Assembly: GCA_964016885.1 (NCBI GenBank)
Contig: OZ024742.1
Coordinates: forward strand, 372,434,001 to 372,498,000
DNA: 64,000 nucleotides
Reading direction: 5' to 3'
DNA from: Eledone cirrhosa
Taxonomy: Eukaryota
Part shown: positions 16,281-32,000 of the stretch, piece by piece
Position numbering within the stretch: position 1 is the stretch's first letter
Layout: every line of letters begins with the position of its first letter
The notes under the pieces: generated by a model
What the model was told of the DNA's origin: nothing
The model's input: the letters and a program-made list of their open reading frames with translations, nothing else
Database searches by the model: none
Program-made: the position numbers and the translations under genes

Positions 16281-16599
16281 CTATATAACCTCTTAATCTC
16301 ATTCTATATGAACTGTAAATCTCTTTGTATATAAACTGTGAATCTCATTCTATATAAGCTGTAAATCTCATTCTATGAACTGTAAATCTCTTTCTATATA
16401 AACTGTAAGTCTCATTCTATATAAACTGTGAATCTCATTCTATAAACTGTAAATCTCTCTCTATATAAACTGTAAATATCATTCTATATACACTGTAAAT
16501 CTCTTTCTATATAAACTCTGAATCTCATTCTATATAAGCTGTAAATCTCATTCTATGAACTGTAAATCTCATTCTATATAAACTGTAAATCTCATTCTA

Positions 16600-19500
16600 T
16601 AAACTGTAAATCTCTTTCTATATAAACTGTAAATCTCATTCTATATAAACTGTAAATCTCTTTCTATATAAACTGTAAATTTCATTCTATAAACTGTAAA
16701 TCTCATTCTATATAAACTGTAAATCTCATTCTATAAACTGTAAATCTCTTTCTATATAAACTGTAAATCTCATTCTATATAAACTGTAAATCTCTTTATA
16801 TATAAACTGTAAATTTCATTCTATAAACTGTAAATCTCTTTCTATATAAACTGTAAATCTCATTCTATATAAACTGTAAATCTCTTTCTATATAAACTGT
16901 AAATCTCATTCTATATAAACTGTGAATCTCATTCTATAAACTGTAAATCTCTTTCTATATAAACTGTAAATATCATTCTATATACACTGTAAATCTCTTT
17001 CTATATAAACTGTAAATCTCATTCTATATAAACTGTAAATCTATTCTATAAACTGTAAATCTCTTTCTATATAAACTGTAAATCTCGTTCTATATAAGCT
17101 GTAAATCTCATTCTATAAACTGTAAATCTCTTTCTACATAAACTGTAAATCTCATTCTATATAAACTGTAAATCTGTTTCTATATGAACTGTAAATCTCA
17201 TTCTATATAAATTGTAAATCTCATTCTATAAACTGTGAATCTCATTCTATATAAACTGTAAATCTCATTCTATATAAACTGTAAATCTCATTCTATATTA
17301 ACTGTAAATCTCATTCTATAAACTGTAAATCTCTTTCTACATAAGCTGTAAATCTCATTCTATGTAAACTGTAAATCTCATTCTATAAACTGTAAATCTC
17401 ATTCTATGAACTGTATATCTCTTTCTATATAAACTGTAAATCTCATTCTATATAAACTGTAAATCTCATTCTATAAACTGTAAATCTCTTTCTGTATAAA
17501 CTGTAAATCTCATTCTATATAAACTGTAAATCTCTTTCTGTATAAACTGTAAATTTCATTCTATAAACTGTAAATCTCTTTCTATATAAACTGTAAATCT
17601 CATTCTATAAAAACTGTAAATCTCTTTCTATATAAACTGTAAATCTCATTCTATATGAACTGTAAATCTCTTTCTATATGAACTGTAAATCTCTTTCTAT
17701 ATAAACTCTGAATCTCATTCTATATAAGCTGTAAATCTCATTCTATGAACTGTTAATCTCTTTCTATATAAACTGTAAATCTCATTCTATATAAACTGTA
17801 AATCACATTCTATAAACTGTAAATCTCTTTCTATATAAACTGTAAATATCATTCTATATAAACTGTAAATCTCTTTCTATATAAACTGTAAATTTCATTC
17901 TATAAACTGTAAATCTCTTTCTATATAAACTGTAAATCTCATTCTATAAACTGTAAATCTCGTTCTATATAAACTGTAAATCTCTTTCCATATGAACTGT
18001 AAATCTCTTTCTATATAAACTCTGAATCTCATTCTATATAAGCTGTAAATCTCATTCTATGAACTGTAAATCTCTTTCTATATAAACTGTAAATCTCATT
18101 CTATATAAACTGTGAATCTCTTTCTATATAAACTGTAAATTTCATTCTATAAACTGTAAATCTCTTTCTGTATAAACTGTAAATCTCATTCTATATAAAC
18201 TGTAAATCTCTTTCTATATAAACTGTAAATCTCATTCTATATAAACTGTGAATCTCATTCTATAAACTGTAAATCTCTTTCTATATAAACTGTAAATATC
18301 ATTCTATATACACTGTAAATCTCTTTCTATATAAACTGTAAATCTCATTCTATATAAACTGTAAATCTCATTCTATAAACTGTAAATCTCTTTCTATATA
18401 AACTGTAAATCTCGTTCTATATAAGCTGTAAATCTCATTCTATAAACTGTAAATCTCTTTCTATATAAAATGTAAATCTCATTCTATATAAACTGTATAT
18501 ATCATTCTATAAACTGTAAATCTCATTCTATAAACTGTAAATCTCTTTCTATATAAACTGTAAATCTCATTCTATATAAACTGTAAATCTCTTTCTATAT
18601 GAACTGTAAATCTCATTCTATATAAATTGTAAATCTTATTCTATAAACTGTGAATCTCATTCTATATAAACTGTATATATCATTCTATAAACTGTAAATC
18701 TCATTCTATAAACTGTAAATCTCTTTCTATATAAACTGTAAATCTCTTTCTATATGAACTGTAAATCTCATTCTATATAAATTGTAAATCTCATTCTATA
18801 AACTGTAAATCTCATTCTATATAAACTGTATATATCATTCTATAAACTGTAAATCTCTTTCTATATAAACTGTAAATCTCTTTCTATATGAACTGTAAAT
18901 CTCATTCTATATAAATTGTAAATCTCATTCTATAAACTGTAAATCTCATTCTATATAAACTGTATATATCATTCTATAAACTGTAAATCTCATTCTATAA
19001 ACTGTAAATCTCATTCTATGAACTGTATATCTCTTTCAATATAATCTGTAAATCTCATTCTATATAAACTGTAAATCACATTCTATAAACTGTAAATCTC
19101 TATCTATATAAACTGTAAATATCATTCTATATAAACTGTAAATCTCTTTCTATATAAACTGTAAATTTCATTCTATAAACTGTAAATCTCTTTCTATATA
19201 AACTGTAAATCTCATTCTATAAACTGTAAATCTCGTTCTATATAAACTGTAAATCTCTTTCCATATGAACTGTAAATCCCTTTCTATATAAACTCTGAAT
19301 CTCATTCTATATAAGCTGTAAATCTCATTCTATGAACTGTAAATCTCTTTCTATATAAACTGTAAATCTCATTCTATATAAACTGTGAATCTCTTTCTAT
19401 ATAAACTGTAAATTTCATTCTATAAACTGTAAATCTCTTTCTATATAAACTGTAAATCTCATTCTATATAAACTGTAAATCTCTTTCTATATAAACTGTA

Positions 19501-22500
19501 AATCTCATTCTATATAAACTGTGAATCTCATTCTATAAACTGTAAATCTCTTTCTATATAAACTGTAAATATCATTCTATATACACTGTAAATCTCTTTC
19601 TACATAAACTGTAAATCTCATTCTATATAAACTGTAAATCTCATTCTATAAACTGTAAATCTCTTTCTATATAAACTGTAAATCTCGTTCTATAAACTGT
19701 AAATCTCTTTCTATATAAACTGTAAATCTCATTCTATATAAACTGTATATATCATTCTATAAACTGTAAATCTCATTCTATAAACTGTAAATCTCATTCT
19801 ATGAACTGTATATCTCTTTCAATATAATCTGTAAATCTCATTCTATATAAACTGTAAATCTCATTCTATAAACTGTAAATCTCATTCTATATAAACTGTA
19901 AATCTCATTCTATAAACTGTAAATCTCTTCCTATATAAACTGTAAATCTCATTCTATATAAACTGTAAATCTCTTTCTATATAAACTGTAAATTTCATTC
20001 TATAAACTGTAAATCTCATACTATATAAACTGTAAATCTCATTCTATAAACTGTAAATCTCTTTCTATATAAACTGTAAATCTCATTCTATATAAACTGT
20101 AAATCTCTTTTTATATAAACTGTAAATTTCATTCTATAAACTGTAAATCTCTTTCTATATAAACTGTAAATCTCATTCTATATAAACTGTAAATCTCTTT
20201 CTATATAAACTGTAAATCTCATTCTATATAAACTGTGAATCTCATTCTATAAACTGTAAATCTCTTTCTATATAAACTGTAAATATCATTCTATATACAC
20301 TGTAAATCTCTTTCTATATAAACTGTAAATCTCATTCTATATAAACTGTAAATCTATTCTATAAACTGTAAATCTCTTTCTATATAAACTGTAAATCTCG
20401 TTCTATATAAGCTGTAAATCTCATTCTATAAACTGTAAATCTCTTTCTACATAAACTGTAAATCTCATTCTATATAAACTGTAAATCTGTTTCTATATGA
20501 ACTGTAAATCTCATTCTATATAAATTGTAAATCTCATTCTATAAACTGTGAATCTCATTCTATATAAACTGTAAATCTCATTCTATATAAACTGTAAATC
20601 TCATTCTATATTAACTGTAAATCTCATTCTATAAACTGTAAATCTCTTTCTATATAAGCTGTAAATCTCATTCTATGTAAACTGTAAATCTCATTCTATA
20701 AACTGTAAATCTCATTCTATGAACTGTATATCTCTTTCTATATAAACTGTAAATCTCATTCTATATAAACTGTAAATCTCATTCTATAAACTGTAAATCT
20801 CTTTCTGTATAAACTGTAAATCTCATTCTATATAAACTGTAAATCGTTTCTGTATAAACTGTAAATTTCATTCTATAAACTGTAAATCTCTTTCTATATA
20901 AACTGTAAATCTCATTCTATAAAAACTGTAAATCTCTTTCTATATAAACTGTAAATCTCATTCTATATAAACTGTAAATCTCTTTCTATATGAACTGTAA
21001 ATCTCTTTCTATATAAACTGTAAATCTCATTCTATATAAACTGTAAATCTCTTTCTATATAAACTGTAAATCTCATTCTATATAAACTGTGAATCTCATT
21101 CTATAAACTGTAAATCTCTTTCTATATAAACTGTAAATATCATTCTATATACACTGTAAATCTCTTTCTATATAAACTGTAAATCTCATTCTATATAAAC
21201 TGTAAATCTATTCTATAAACTGTAAATCTCTTTCTATATAAACTGTAAATCTCGTTCTATATAAGCTGTAAATCTCATTCTATAAACTGTAAATCTCTTT
21301 CTACATAAACTGTAAATCTCATTCTATATAAACTGTAAATCTGTTTCTATATGAACTGTAAATCTCATTCTATATAAATTGTAAATCTCATTCTATAAAC
21401 TGTGAATCTCATTCTATATAAACTGTAAATCTCATTCTATATAAACTGTAAATCTCATTCTATATTAACTGTAAATCTCATTCTATAAACTGTAAATCTC
21501 TTTCTATATAAGCTGTAAATCTCATTCTATGTAAACTGTAAATCTCATTCTATAAACTGTAAATCTCATTCTATGAACTGTATATCTCTTTCTATATAAA
21601 CTGTAAATCTCATTCTATATAAACTGTAAATCTCATTCTATAAACTGTAAATCTCTTTCTGTATAAACTGTAAATCTCATTCTATATAAACTGTAAATCT
21701 CTTTCTGTATAAACTGTAAATTTCATTCTATAAACTGTAAATCTCTTTCTATATAAACTGTAAATCTCATTCTATAAAAACTGTAAATCTCTTTCTATAT
21801 AAACTGTAAATCTCATTCTATATAAACTGTAAATCTCTTTCTATATGAACTGTAAATCTCTTTCTATATAAACTCTGAATCTCATTCTATATAAGCTGTA
21901 AATCTCATTCTATGAACTGTTAATCTCTTTCTATATAAACTGTAAATCTCATTCTATATAAACTGTAAATCACATTCTATAAACTGTAAATCTCTTTCTA
22001 TATAAACTGTAAATATCATTCTATATAAACTGTAAATCTCTTTCTATATAAACTGTAAATTTCATTCTATAAACTGTAAATCTCTTTCTATATAAACTGT
22101 AAATCTCATTCTATAAACTGTAAATCTCGTTCTATATAAACTGTAAATCTCTTTCCATATGAACTGTAAATCTCTTTCTATATAAACTCTGAATCTCATT
22201 CTATATTAGCTGTAAATCTCATTCTATGAACTGTAAATCTCTTTCTATATAAACTGTAAATCTCATTCTATATAAACTGTGAATCTCTTTCTATATAAAC
22301 TGTAAATTTCATTCTATAAACTGTAAATCTCTTTCTATATAAACTGTAAATCTCATTCTATATAAACTGTAAATCTCTTTCTATATAAACTGTAAATCTC
22401 ATTCTATATAAACTGTGAATCTCATTCTATAAACTGTAAATCTCTTTCTATATAAACTGTAAATATCATTCTATATACACTGTAAATCTCTTTCTATATA

Positions 22501-23050
22501 AACTGTAAATCTAATTCTATATAAACTGTAAATCTCATTCTATAAACTGTAAATCTCTTTCTATATAAACTGTAAATCTCGTTCTATATAAGCTGTAAAT
22601 CTCATTCTATAAACTGTAAATCTCTTTCTATATAAACTGTAAATCTCATTCTATATAAACTGTATATATCATTCTATAAACTGTAAATCTCATTCTATAA
22701 ACTGTAAATCTCTTTCTATATAAACTGTAAATCTCATTCTATATAAACTGTAAATCTCTTTCTATATGAACTGTAAATCTCATTCTATATAAATTGTAAA
22801 TCTCATTCTATAAACTGTGAATCTCATTCTATATAAACTGTATATATCATTCTATAAACTGTAAATCTCATTCTATAAACTGTAAATCTCTTTCTATATA
22901 AACTGTAAATCTCTTTCTATATGAACTGTAAATCTCATTCTATATAAATTGTAAATCTCATTCTATAAACTGTAAATCTCATTCTATATAAACTGTATAT
23001 ATCATTCTATAAACTGTAAATCTCATTCTATAAACTGTAAATCTCTTTCT
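16600..23050. repeat. Nested duplications at offsets 3313, 854 and 4167 bp
   Basis: The 20-bp monomer AAATCTATTCT lies at 17041, 20354 and 21208. CTGTTTC lies at 17176, 20489 and 21343. ATCACATTC lies at 17804 and 21971. Confidence 0.8.
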
Positions 23051-23099
23051 ATATAAACTGTAAATCTCATTCTATATAAACTGTAAATCTCTTTCTATA

Positions 23100-26000
23100 T
23101 GAACTGTAAATCTCATTCTATATAAACTGTAAATTTCATTCTATAAACTGTAAATCTCTTTCTATATAAACTGTAAATCTCATTCTATATAAACTGTAAA
23201 TCTCTTTCTATATAAACTGTAAATCTCATTCTATATAAACTGTGAATCTCATTCTATAAACTGTAAATCTCATTCTATAAACTGTAAATCTCTTTCTATA
23301 TAAGCTGTAAATCTCATTCTATGTAAACTGTAAATCTCATTCTAGAAACTGTAAATCTCATTCTATGAACTGTATATCTCTTTCTATATAAACTGTAAAT
23401 CTCATTCTATATAAACTGTAAATCTCATTCTATAAACTGTAAATCTCTTTCTGTATAAACTGTAAATCTCATTCTATATAAACTGTAAATCTCTTTCTGT
23501 ATAAACTGTAAATTCCATTCTATAAACTGTAAATCTCTTTCTATATAAACTGTAAATCTCATTCTATAAAAACTGTAAATCTCTTTCTATATAAACTGTA
23601 AATCTCATTCTATATAAACTGTAAATCTCTTTCTATATGAACTGTAAAACTCTTTCTATATAAACTCTGAATCTCATTCTATATAAGCTGTAAATCTCAT
23701 TCTATGAACTGTTAATCTCTTTCTATATAAACTGTAAATCTCATTCTATATAAACTGTAAATCTCATTCTATAAACTGTAAATCTCTTTCTATATAAACT
23801 GTAAATATCATTCTATATAAACTGTAAATCTCTTTCTATATAAACTGTAAATTTCATTATATAAACTGTAAATCTCTTTCTATATAAACTGTAAATCTCA
23901 TTCTATAAACTGTAAATTTCGTTCTATATAAACTGTAAATCTCTTTCCATATGAACTGTAAATCTCTTTCTATATAAACTCTGAATCTCATTCTATATAA
24001 GCTGTAAATCTCATTCTATGAACTGTAAATCTCTTTCTATATAAACTGTAAATCTCATTCTATATAAACTGTGAATCTCTTTCTATATAAACTGTAAATT
24101 TCATTCTATAAACTGTAAATCTCTTTCTATATAAACTGTAAATCTCATTCTATATAAACTGTAAATCTCTTTCTATATAAACTGTAAATCTCATTCTATA
24201 TAAACTGTGAATCTCATTCTATAAACTGTAAATCTCTTTCTATATAAACTGTAAATATCATTCTATATACACTGTAAATCTCTTTCTATATAAACTGTAA
24301 ATCTCATTCTATATAAACTGTAAATCTCATTCTATAAATTGTAAATCTCTTTCTATATAAACTGTAAATCTCGTTCTATATAAGCTGTAAATCTCATTCT
24401 ATAAACTGTAAATCTCTTTCTATATAAACTGTAAATCTCATTCTATATAAACTGTATATATCATTCTATAAACTGTAAATCTCATTCTATAAACTGTAAA
24501 TCTCTTTCTATATAAACTGTAAATCTCATTCTATATAAACTGTAAATCTCTTTCTATATGAACTGTAAATCTCATTCTATATAAATTGTAAATCTCATTC
24601 TATAAACTGTGAATCTCATTCTATATAAACTGTAAATCTCATTCTATATAAACTGTAAATCTCATTCTATATTAACTGTAAATCTCATTCTATAAACTGT
24701 AAATCTCTTTCTATATAAGCTGTAAATCTCATTCTATGTAAACTGTAAATCTCATTCTATAAACTGTAAATCTCATTCTATGAACTGTATATCTCTTTCT
24801 ATATAAACTGTAAATCTCATTCTATATAAACTGTAAATCTCTTTCTATATGAACTGTAAATCTCATTCTATATAAACTGTAAATTTCATTCTATAAACTG
24901 TAAATCTCTTTCTATATAAACTGTAAATCTCTTTCTATATAAACTGTAAATCTCTTTCTATATAAACTGTAAATCTCATTCTATATAAACTGTTAATCTC
25001 ATTCTATAAACTGTAAATCTCATTCTATAAACTGTAAATCTCTTTCTATATAAGCTGTAAATCTCATTCTATGTAAACTGTAAATCTCATTCTAGAAACT
25101 GTAAATCTCATTCTATGAACTGTATATCTCTTTCTATATAAACTGTAAATCTCATTCTATATAAACTGTAAATCTCATTCTATAAACTGTAAATCTCTTT
25201 CTGTATAAACTGTAAATCTCATTCTATATAAACTGTAAATCTCTTTCTGTATAAACTGTAAATTCCATTCTATAAACTGTAAATCTCTTTCTATATAAAC
25301 TGTAAATCTCATTCTATAAAAACTGTAAATCTCTTTCTATATAAACTGTAAATCTCATTCTATATAAACTGTAAATCTCTTTCTATATGAACTGTAAATC
25401 TCTTTCTATATAAACTCTGAATCTCATTCTATATAAGCTGTAAATCTCATTCTATGAACTGTTAATCTCTTTCTATATAAACTGTAAATCTCATTCTATA
25501 TAAACTGTAAATCTCATTCTATAAACTGTAAATCTCTTTCTATATAAACTGTAAATATCATTCTATATAAACTGTAAATCTCTTTCTATATAAACTGTAA
25601 ATTTCATTATATAAACTGTAAATCTCTTTCTATATAAACTGTAAATCTCATTCTATAAACTGTAAATCTCGTTCTATATAAACTGTAAATCTCTTTCCAT
25701 ATGAACTGTAAATCTCTTTCTATATAAACTCTGAATCTCATTCTATATAAGCTGTAAATCTCATTCTATGAACTGTAAATCTCTTTCTATATAAACTGTA
25801 AATCTCATTCTATATAAACTGTGAATCTCTTTCTATATAAACTGTAAATTTCATTCTATAAACTGTAAATCTCTTTCTATATAAACTGTAAATCTCATTC
25901 TATATAAACTGTAAATCTCTTTCTATATAAACTGTAAATCTCATTCTATATAAACTGTGAATCTCATTCTATAAACTGTAAATCTCTTTCTATATAAACT

Positions 26001-29000
26001 GTAAATATCATTCTATATACACTGTAAATCTCTTTCTATATAAACTGTAAATCTCATTCTATATAAACTGTAAATCTCATTCTATAAACTGTAAATCTCT
26101 TTCTATATAAACTGTAAATCTCGTTCTATATAAGCTGTAAATCTCATTCTATAAACTGTAAATCTCTTTCTATATAAACTGTAAATCTCATTCTATATAA
26201 ACTGTATATATCATTCTATAAACTGTAAATCTCATTCTATAAACTGTAAATCTCTTTCTATATAAACTGTAAATCTCATTCTATATAAACTGTAAATCTC
26301 TTTCTATATGAACTGTAAATCTCATTCTATATAAATTGTAAATCTCATTCTATAAACTGTGAATCTCATTCTATATAAACTGTAAATCTCATTCTATATA
26401 AACTGTAAATCTCATTCTATATTAACTGTAAATCTCATTCTATAAACTGTAAATCTCTTTCTATATAAGCTGTAAATCTCATTCTATGTAAACTGTAAAT
26501 CTCATTCTATAAACTGTAAATCTCATTCTATGAACTGTATATCTCTTTCTATATAAACTGTAAATCTCATTCTATATAAACTGTAAATCTCATTCTATAA
26601 ACTGCAAATCTCTTTCTGTATAAACTGTAAATCTCATTCTATATAAACTGTAAATCTCTTTCTGTATAAACTGTAAATTTCATTCTATAAACTGTAAATC
26701 TCTTTCTATATAAACTGTAAATCTCATTCTATAAAAACTGTAAATCTCTTTCTATATAAACTGTAAATCTCATTCTATATAAACTGTAAATCTCTTTCTA
26801 TATGAACTGTAAATCTCTTTCTATATAAACTCTGAATCTCATTCTATATAAGCTGTAAATCTCATTCTATGAACTGTTAATCTCTTTCTATAAAAACTGT
26901 AAATCTCATTCTATATAAACTGTAAATCTCATTCTATAAACTGTAAATCTCTTTCTATATAAACTGTAAATATCATTCTATATAAACTGTAAATCTCTTT
27001 CTATATAAACTGTAAATTTCATTCTATAAACTGTAAATCTCTTTCTATATAAACTGTAAATCTCATTCTATAAACTGTAAATCTCGTTCTATATAAACTG
27101 TAAATCTCTTTCCATATGAACTGTAAATCTCTTTCTATATAAACTCCGAATCTCATTCTATATAAGCTATAAATCTCATTCTATGAACTGTAAATCTCTT
27201 TCTATATAAACTGTAAATCTCATTCTATATAAACTGTGAATCTCTTTCTATATAAACTGTAAATTTCATTCTATAAACTGTAAATCTCTTTCTATATAAA
27301 CTGTAAATCTCATTCTATATAAACTGTAAATCTCTTTCTATATAAACTGTAAATCTCATTCTATATAAACTGTGAATCTCATTCTATAGCTGTAAATCTC
27401 TTTCTATATAAACTGTAAATATCATTCTATATACACTGTAAATCTCTTTCTATATAAACTGTAAATCTCATTCTATATAAACTGTAAATCTCATTCTATA
27501 AACTGTAAATCTCTTTCTATATAAACTGTAAATCTCGTTCTATAAACTGCAAATCTCTTTCTATAAACTGCAAATCTCTTTCTATATAAACTGTAAATCT
27601 CATTCTATATAAACTGTATATATCATTCTATAAACTGTAAATCTCATTCTATAAACTGTAAATCTCTTTCTATATAAACTGTAAATCTCATTCTATATAA
27701 ACTGTAAATCTCTTTCTATATGAACTGTAAATCTCATTATATATAAATTGTAAATCTCATTCTATAAACTATAAATCTCATTCTATGAACTGTATATCTC
27801 TTTCTATATATACTGTAAATCTCATTCTATATAAACTGTAAATCTCATTCTATAAACTGTAAATCTCTTTCTGTATAAACTGTAAATCTCATTCTATATA
27901 AACTGTAAATCTCTTTCTGTATAAACTGTAAATTTCATTCTATAAACTGTAAATCTCTTTCTATATAAACTGTAAATCTCATTCTATAAAAACTGTAAAT
28001 CTCTTTCTATATAAACTGTAAGTCTCATTCTATATAAACTGTAAATCTCTTTCTATATGAACTGTAAATCTCTTTCTATATAAACTCTGAATCTCATTCT
28101 ATATAAGCTGTAAATCTCATTCTATGAACTGTTAATCTCTTTCTATATAAACTGTAAATCTCATTCTATATAAACTGTAAATCTCATTCTATAAACTGTA
28201 AATCTCTTTCTATATAAACTGTAAATATCATTCTATATAAACTGTAAATCTCTTTCTATATAAACTGTAAATTTCATTCTATAAACTGTAAATCTCTTTC
28301 TATATAAGCTGTAAATCTCATTCTATGAACTGTAAATCTCTTTCTATATAAACTGTAAATCTCATTCTATATAAACTGTGAATCTCTTTCTATATAAACT
28401 GTAAATTTCATTCTATAAACTGTAAATCTCTTTCTATATAAACTGTAAATCTCATTCTATATAAACTGTAAATCTCATTCTATATAAACTGTGAATCTCA
28501 TTCTATAAACTGTAAATCTCTTTCTATATAAACTGTAAATATCATTCTATATACACTGTAAATCTCTTTCTATATAAACTGTAAATCTCATTCTATATAA
28601 ACTGTAAATCTCATTCTATAAACTGTAAATCTCTTTCTATATAAACTGTAAATCTCGTTCTATATAAGCTGTAAATCTCATTCTATAAACTGTAAATCTC
28701 TTTCTATATAAACTGTAAATCTCATTCTATATTAACTGTATATATCATTCTATAAACTGTAAATCTCATTCTATAAACTGTAAATCTCTTTCTATATAAA
28801 CTGTAAATCTCATTCTATATAAACTGTAAATCTCTTTCTATATGAACTGTAAATCTCATTATATATAAATTGTAAATCTCATTCTATAAACTGTGAATCT
28901 CATTCTATATAAACTGTAAATCTCATTCTATATACACTGTAAATCTCTTTCTATATAAACTGTAAATCTCATTCTATATAAACTGTTAATCTCATTCTAT

Positions 29001-32000
29001 AAACTGTAAATCTCTTTCTATATAAACTGTAAATCTCATTCTATATAAGCTGTAAATCTCATTCTATGAACTGTAAATCTCTTTCTATATAAACTGTAAA
29101 TCTCATTCTATATAAACTGTAAATTTCATTCTATAAACTGTAAATCTCTTTCTATATAAACTGTAAATCTCATTCTATATAAACTGTAAATCTCTTTCTA
29201 TATAAACTGTAAATCTCATTCTATATAAACTGTGAATCTCATTCTATAAACTGTAAATCTCATTCTATAAACTGTAAATCTCTTTCTATATAAGCTGTAA
29301 ATCTCATTCTATGTAAACTGTAAATCTCATTCTAGAAACTGTAAATCTCATTCTATGAACTGTATATCTCTTTCTATATAAACTGTAAATCTCATTCTAT
29401 ATAAACTGTAAATCTCATTCTATAAACTGTAAATCTCTTTCTGTATAAACTGTAAATCTCATTCTATATAAACTGTAAATCTCTTTCTGTATAAACTGTA
29501 AATTCCATTCTATAAACTGTAAATCTCTTTCTATATAAACTGTAAATCTCATTCTATAAAAACTGTAAATCTCTTTCTATATAAACTGTAAATCTCATTC
29601 TATATAAACTGTAAATCTCTTTCTATATGAACTGTAAATCTCTTTCTATATAAACTCTGAATCTCATTCTATATAAGCTGTAAATCTCATTCTATGAACT
29701 GTTAATCTCTTTCTATATAAACTGTAAATCTCATTCTATATAAACTGTAAATCTCATTCTATAAACTGTAAATCTCTTTCTATATAAACTGTAAATATCA
29801 TTCTATATAAACTGTAAATCTCTTTCTATATAAACTGTAAATTTCATTATATAAACTGTAAATCTCTTTCTATATAAACTGTAAATCTCATTCTATAAAC
29901 TGTAAATCTCGTTCTATATAAACTGTAAATCTCTTTCCATATGAACTGTAAATCTCTTTCTATATAAACTCTGAATCTCATTCTATATAAGCTGTAAATC
30001 TCATTCTATGAACTGTAAATCTCTTTCTATATAAACTGTAAATCTCATTCTATATAAACTGTGAATCTCTTTCTATATAAACTGTAAATTTCATTCTATA
30101 AACTGTAAATCTCTTTCTATATAAACTGTAAATCTCATTCTATATAAACTGTAAATCTCTTTCTATATAAACTGTAAATCTCATTCTATATAAACTGTGA
30201 ATCTCATTCTATAAACTGTAAATCTCTTTCTATATAAACTGTAAATATCATTCTATATACACTGTAAATCTCTTTCTATATAAACTGTAAATCTCGTTCT
30301 ATATAAGCTGTAAATCTCATTCTATAAACTGTAAATCTCTTTCTATATAAACTGTAAATCTCATTCTATATAAACTGTATATATCATTCTATAAACTGTA
30401 AATCTCATTCTATAAACTGTAAATCTCTTTCTATATAAACTGTAAATCTCATTCTATATAAACTGTAAATCTCTTTCTATATGAACTGTAAATCTCATTC
30501 TATATAAATTGTAAATCTCATTCTATAAACTGTGAATCTCATTCTATATAAACTGTAAATCTCATTCTATATAAACTGTAAATCTCATTCTATATTAACT
30601 GTAAATCTCATTCTATAAACTGTAAATCTCTTTCTATATAAGCTGTAAATCTCATTCTATGTAAACTGTAAATCTCATTCTATAAACTGTAAATCTCATT
30701 CTATGAACTGTATATCTCTTTCTATATAAACTGTAAATCTCATTCTATATAAACTGTAAATCTCTTTCTATATGAACTGTAAATCTCATTCTATATAAAC
30801 TGTAAATTCCATTCTATAAACTGTAAATCTCTTTCTATATAAACTGTAAATCTCATTCTATATAAACTGTAAATCTCTTTCTATATAAACTGTAAATCTC
30901 ATTCTATATAAACTGTTAATCTCATTCTATAAACTGTAAATCTCATTCTATAAACTGTAAATCTCTTTCTATATAAGCTGTAAATCTCATTCTATGTAAA
31001 CTGTAAATCTCATTCTAGAAACTGTAAATCTCATTCTATGAACTGTATATCTCTTTCTATATAAACTGTAAATCTCATTCTATATAAACTGTAAATCTCA
31101 TTCTATAAACTGTAAATCTCTTTCTGTATAAACTGTAAATCTCATTCTATATAAACTGTAAATCTCTTTCTGTATAAACTGTAAATTCCATTCTATAAAC
31201 TGTAAATCTCTTTCTATATAAACTGTAAATCTCATTCTATAAAAACTGTAAATCTCTTTCTATATAAACTGTAAATCTCATTCTATATAAACTGTAAATC
31301 TCTTTCTATATGAACTGTAAATCTCTTTCTATATAAACTCTGAATCTCATTCTATATAAGCTGTAAATCTCATTCTATGAACTGTTAATCTCTTTCTATA
31401 TAAACTGTAAATCACATTCTATATAAACTGTAAATCTCATTCTATAAACTGTAAATCTCTTTCTATATAAACTGTAAATATCATTCTATATAAACTGTAA
31501 ATCTCTTTCTATATAAACTGTAAATTTCATTATATAAACTGTAAATCTCTTTCTATATAAACTGTAAATCTCATTCTATAAACTGTAAATCTCGTTCTAT
31601 ATAAACTGTAAATCTCTTTCCATATGAACTGTAAATCTCTTTCTATATAAACTCTGAATCTCATTCTATATAAGCTGTAAATCTCATTCTATGAACTGTA
31701 AATCTCTTTCTATATAAACTGTAAATCTCATTCTATATAAACTGTGAATCTCTTTCTATATAAACTGTAAATTTAATTCTATAAACTGTAAATCTCTTTC
31801 TATATAAACTGTAAATCTCATTCTATATAAACTGTAAATCTCTTTCTATATAAACTGTAAATCTCATTCTATATAAACTGTGAATCTCATTCTATAAACT
31901 GTAAATCTCTTTCTATATAAACTGTAAATATCATTCTATATACACTGTAAATCTCTTTCTATATAAACTGTAAATCTCATTCTATAAACTGTAAATCTCT

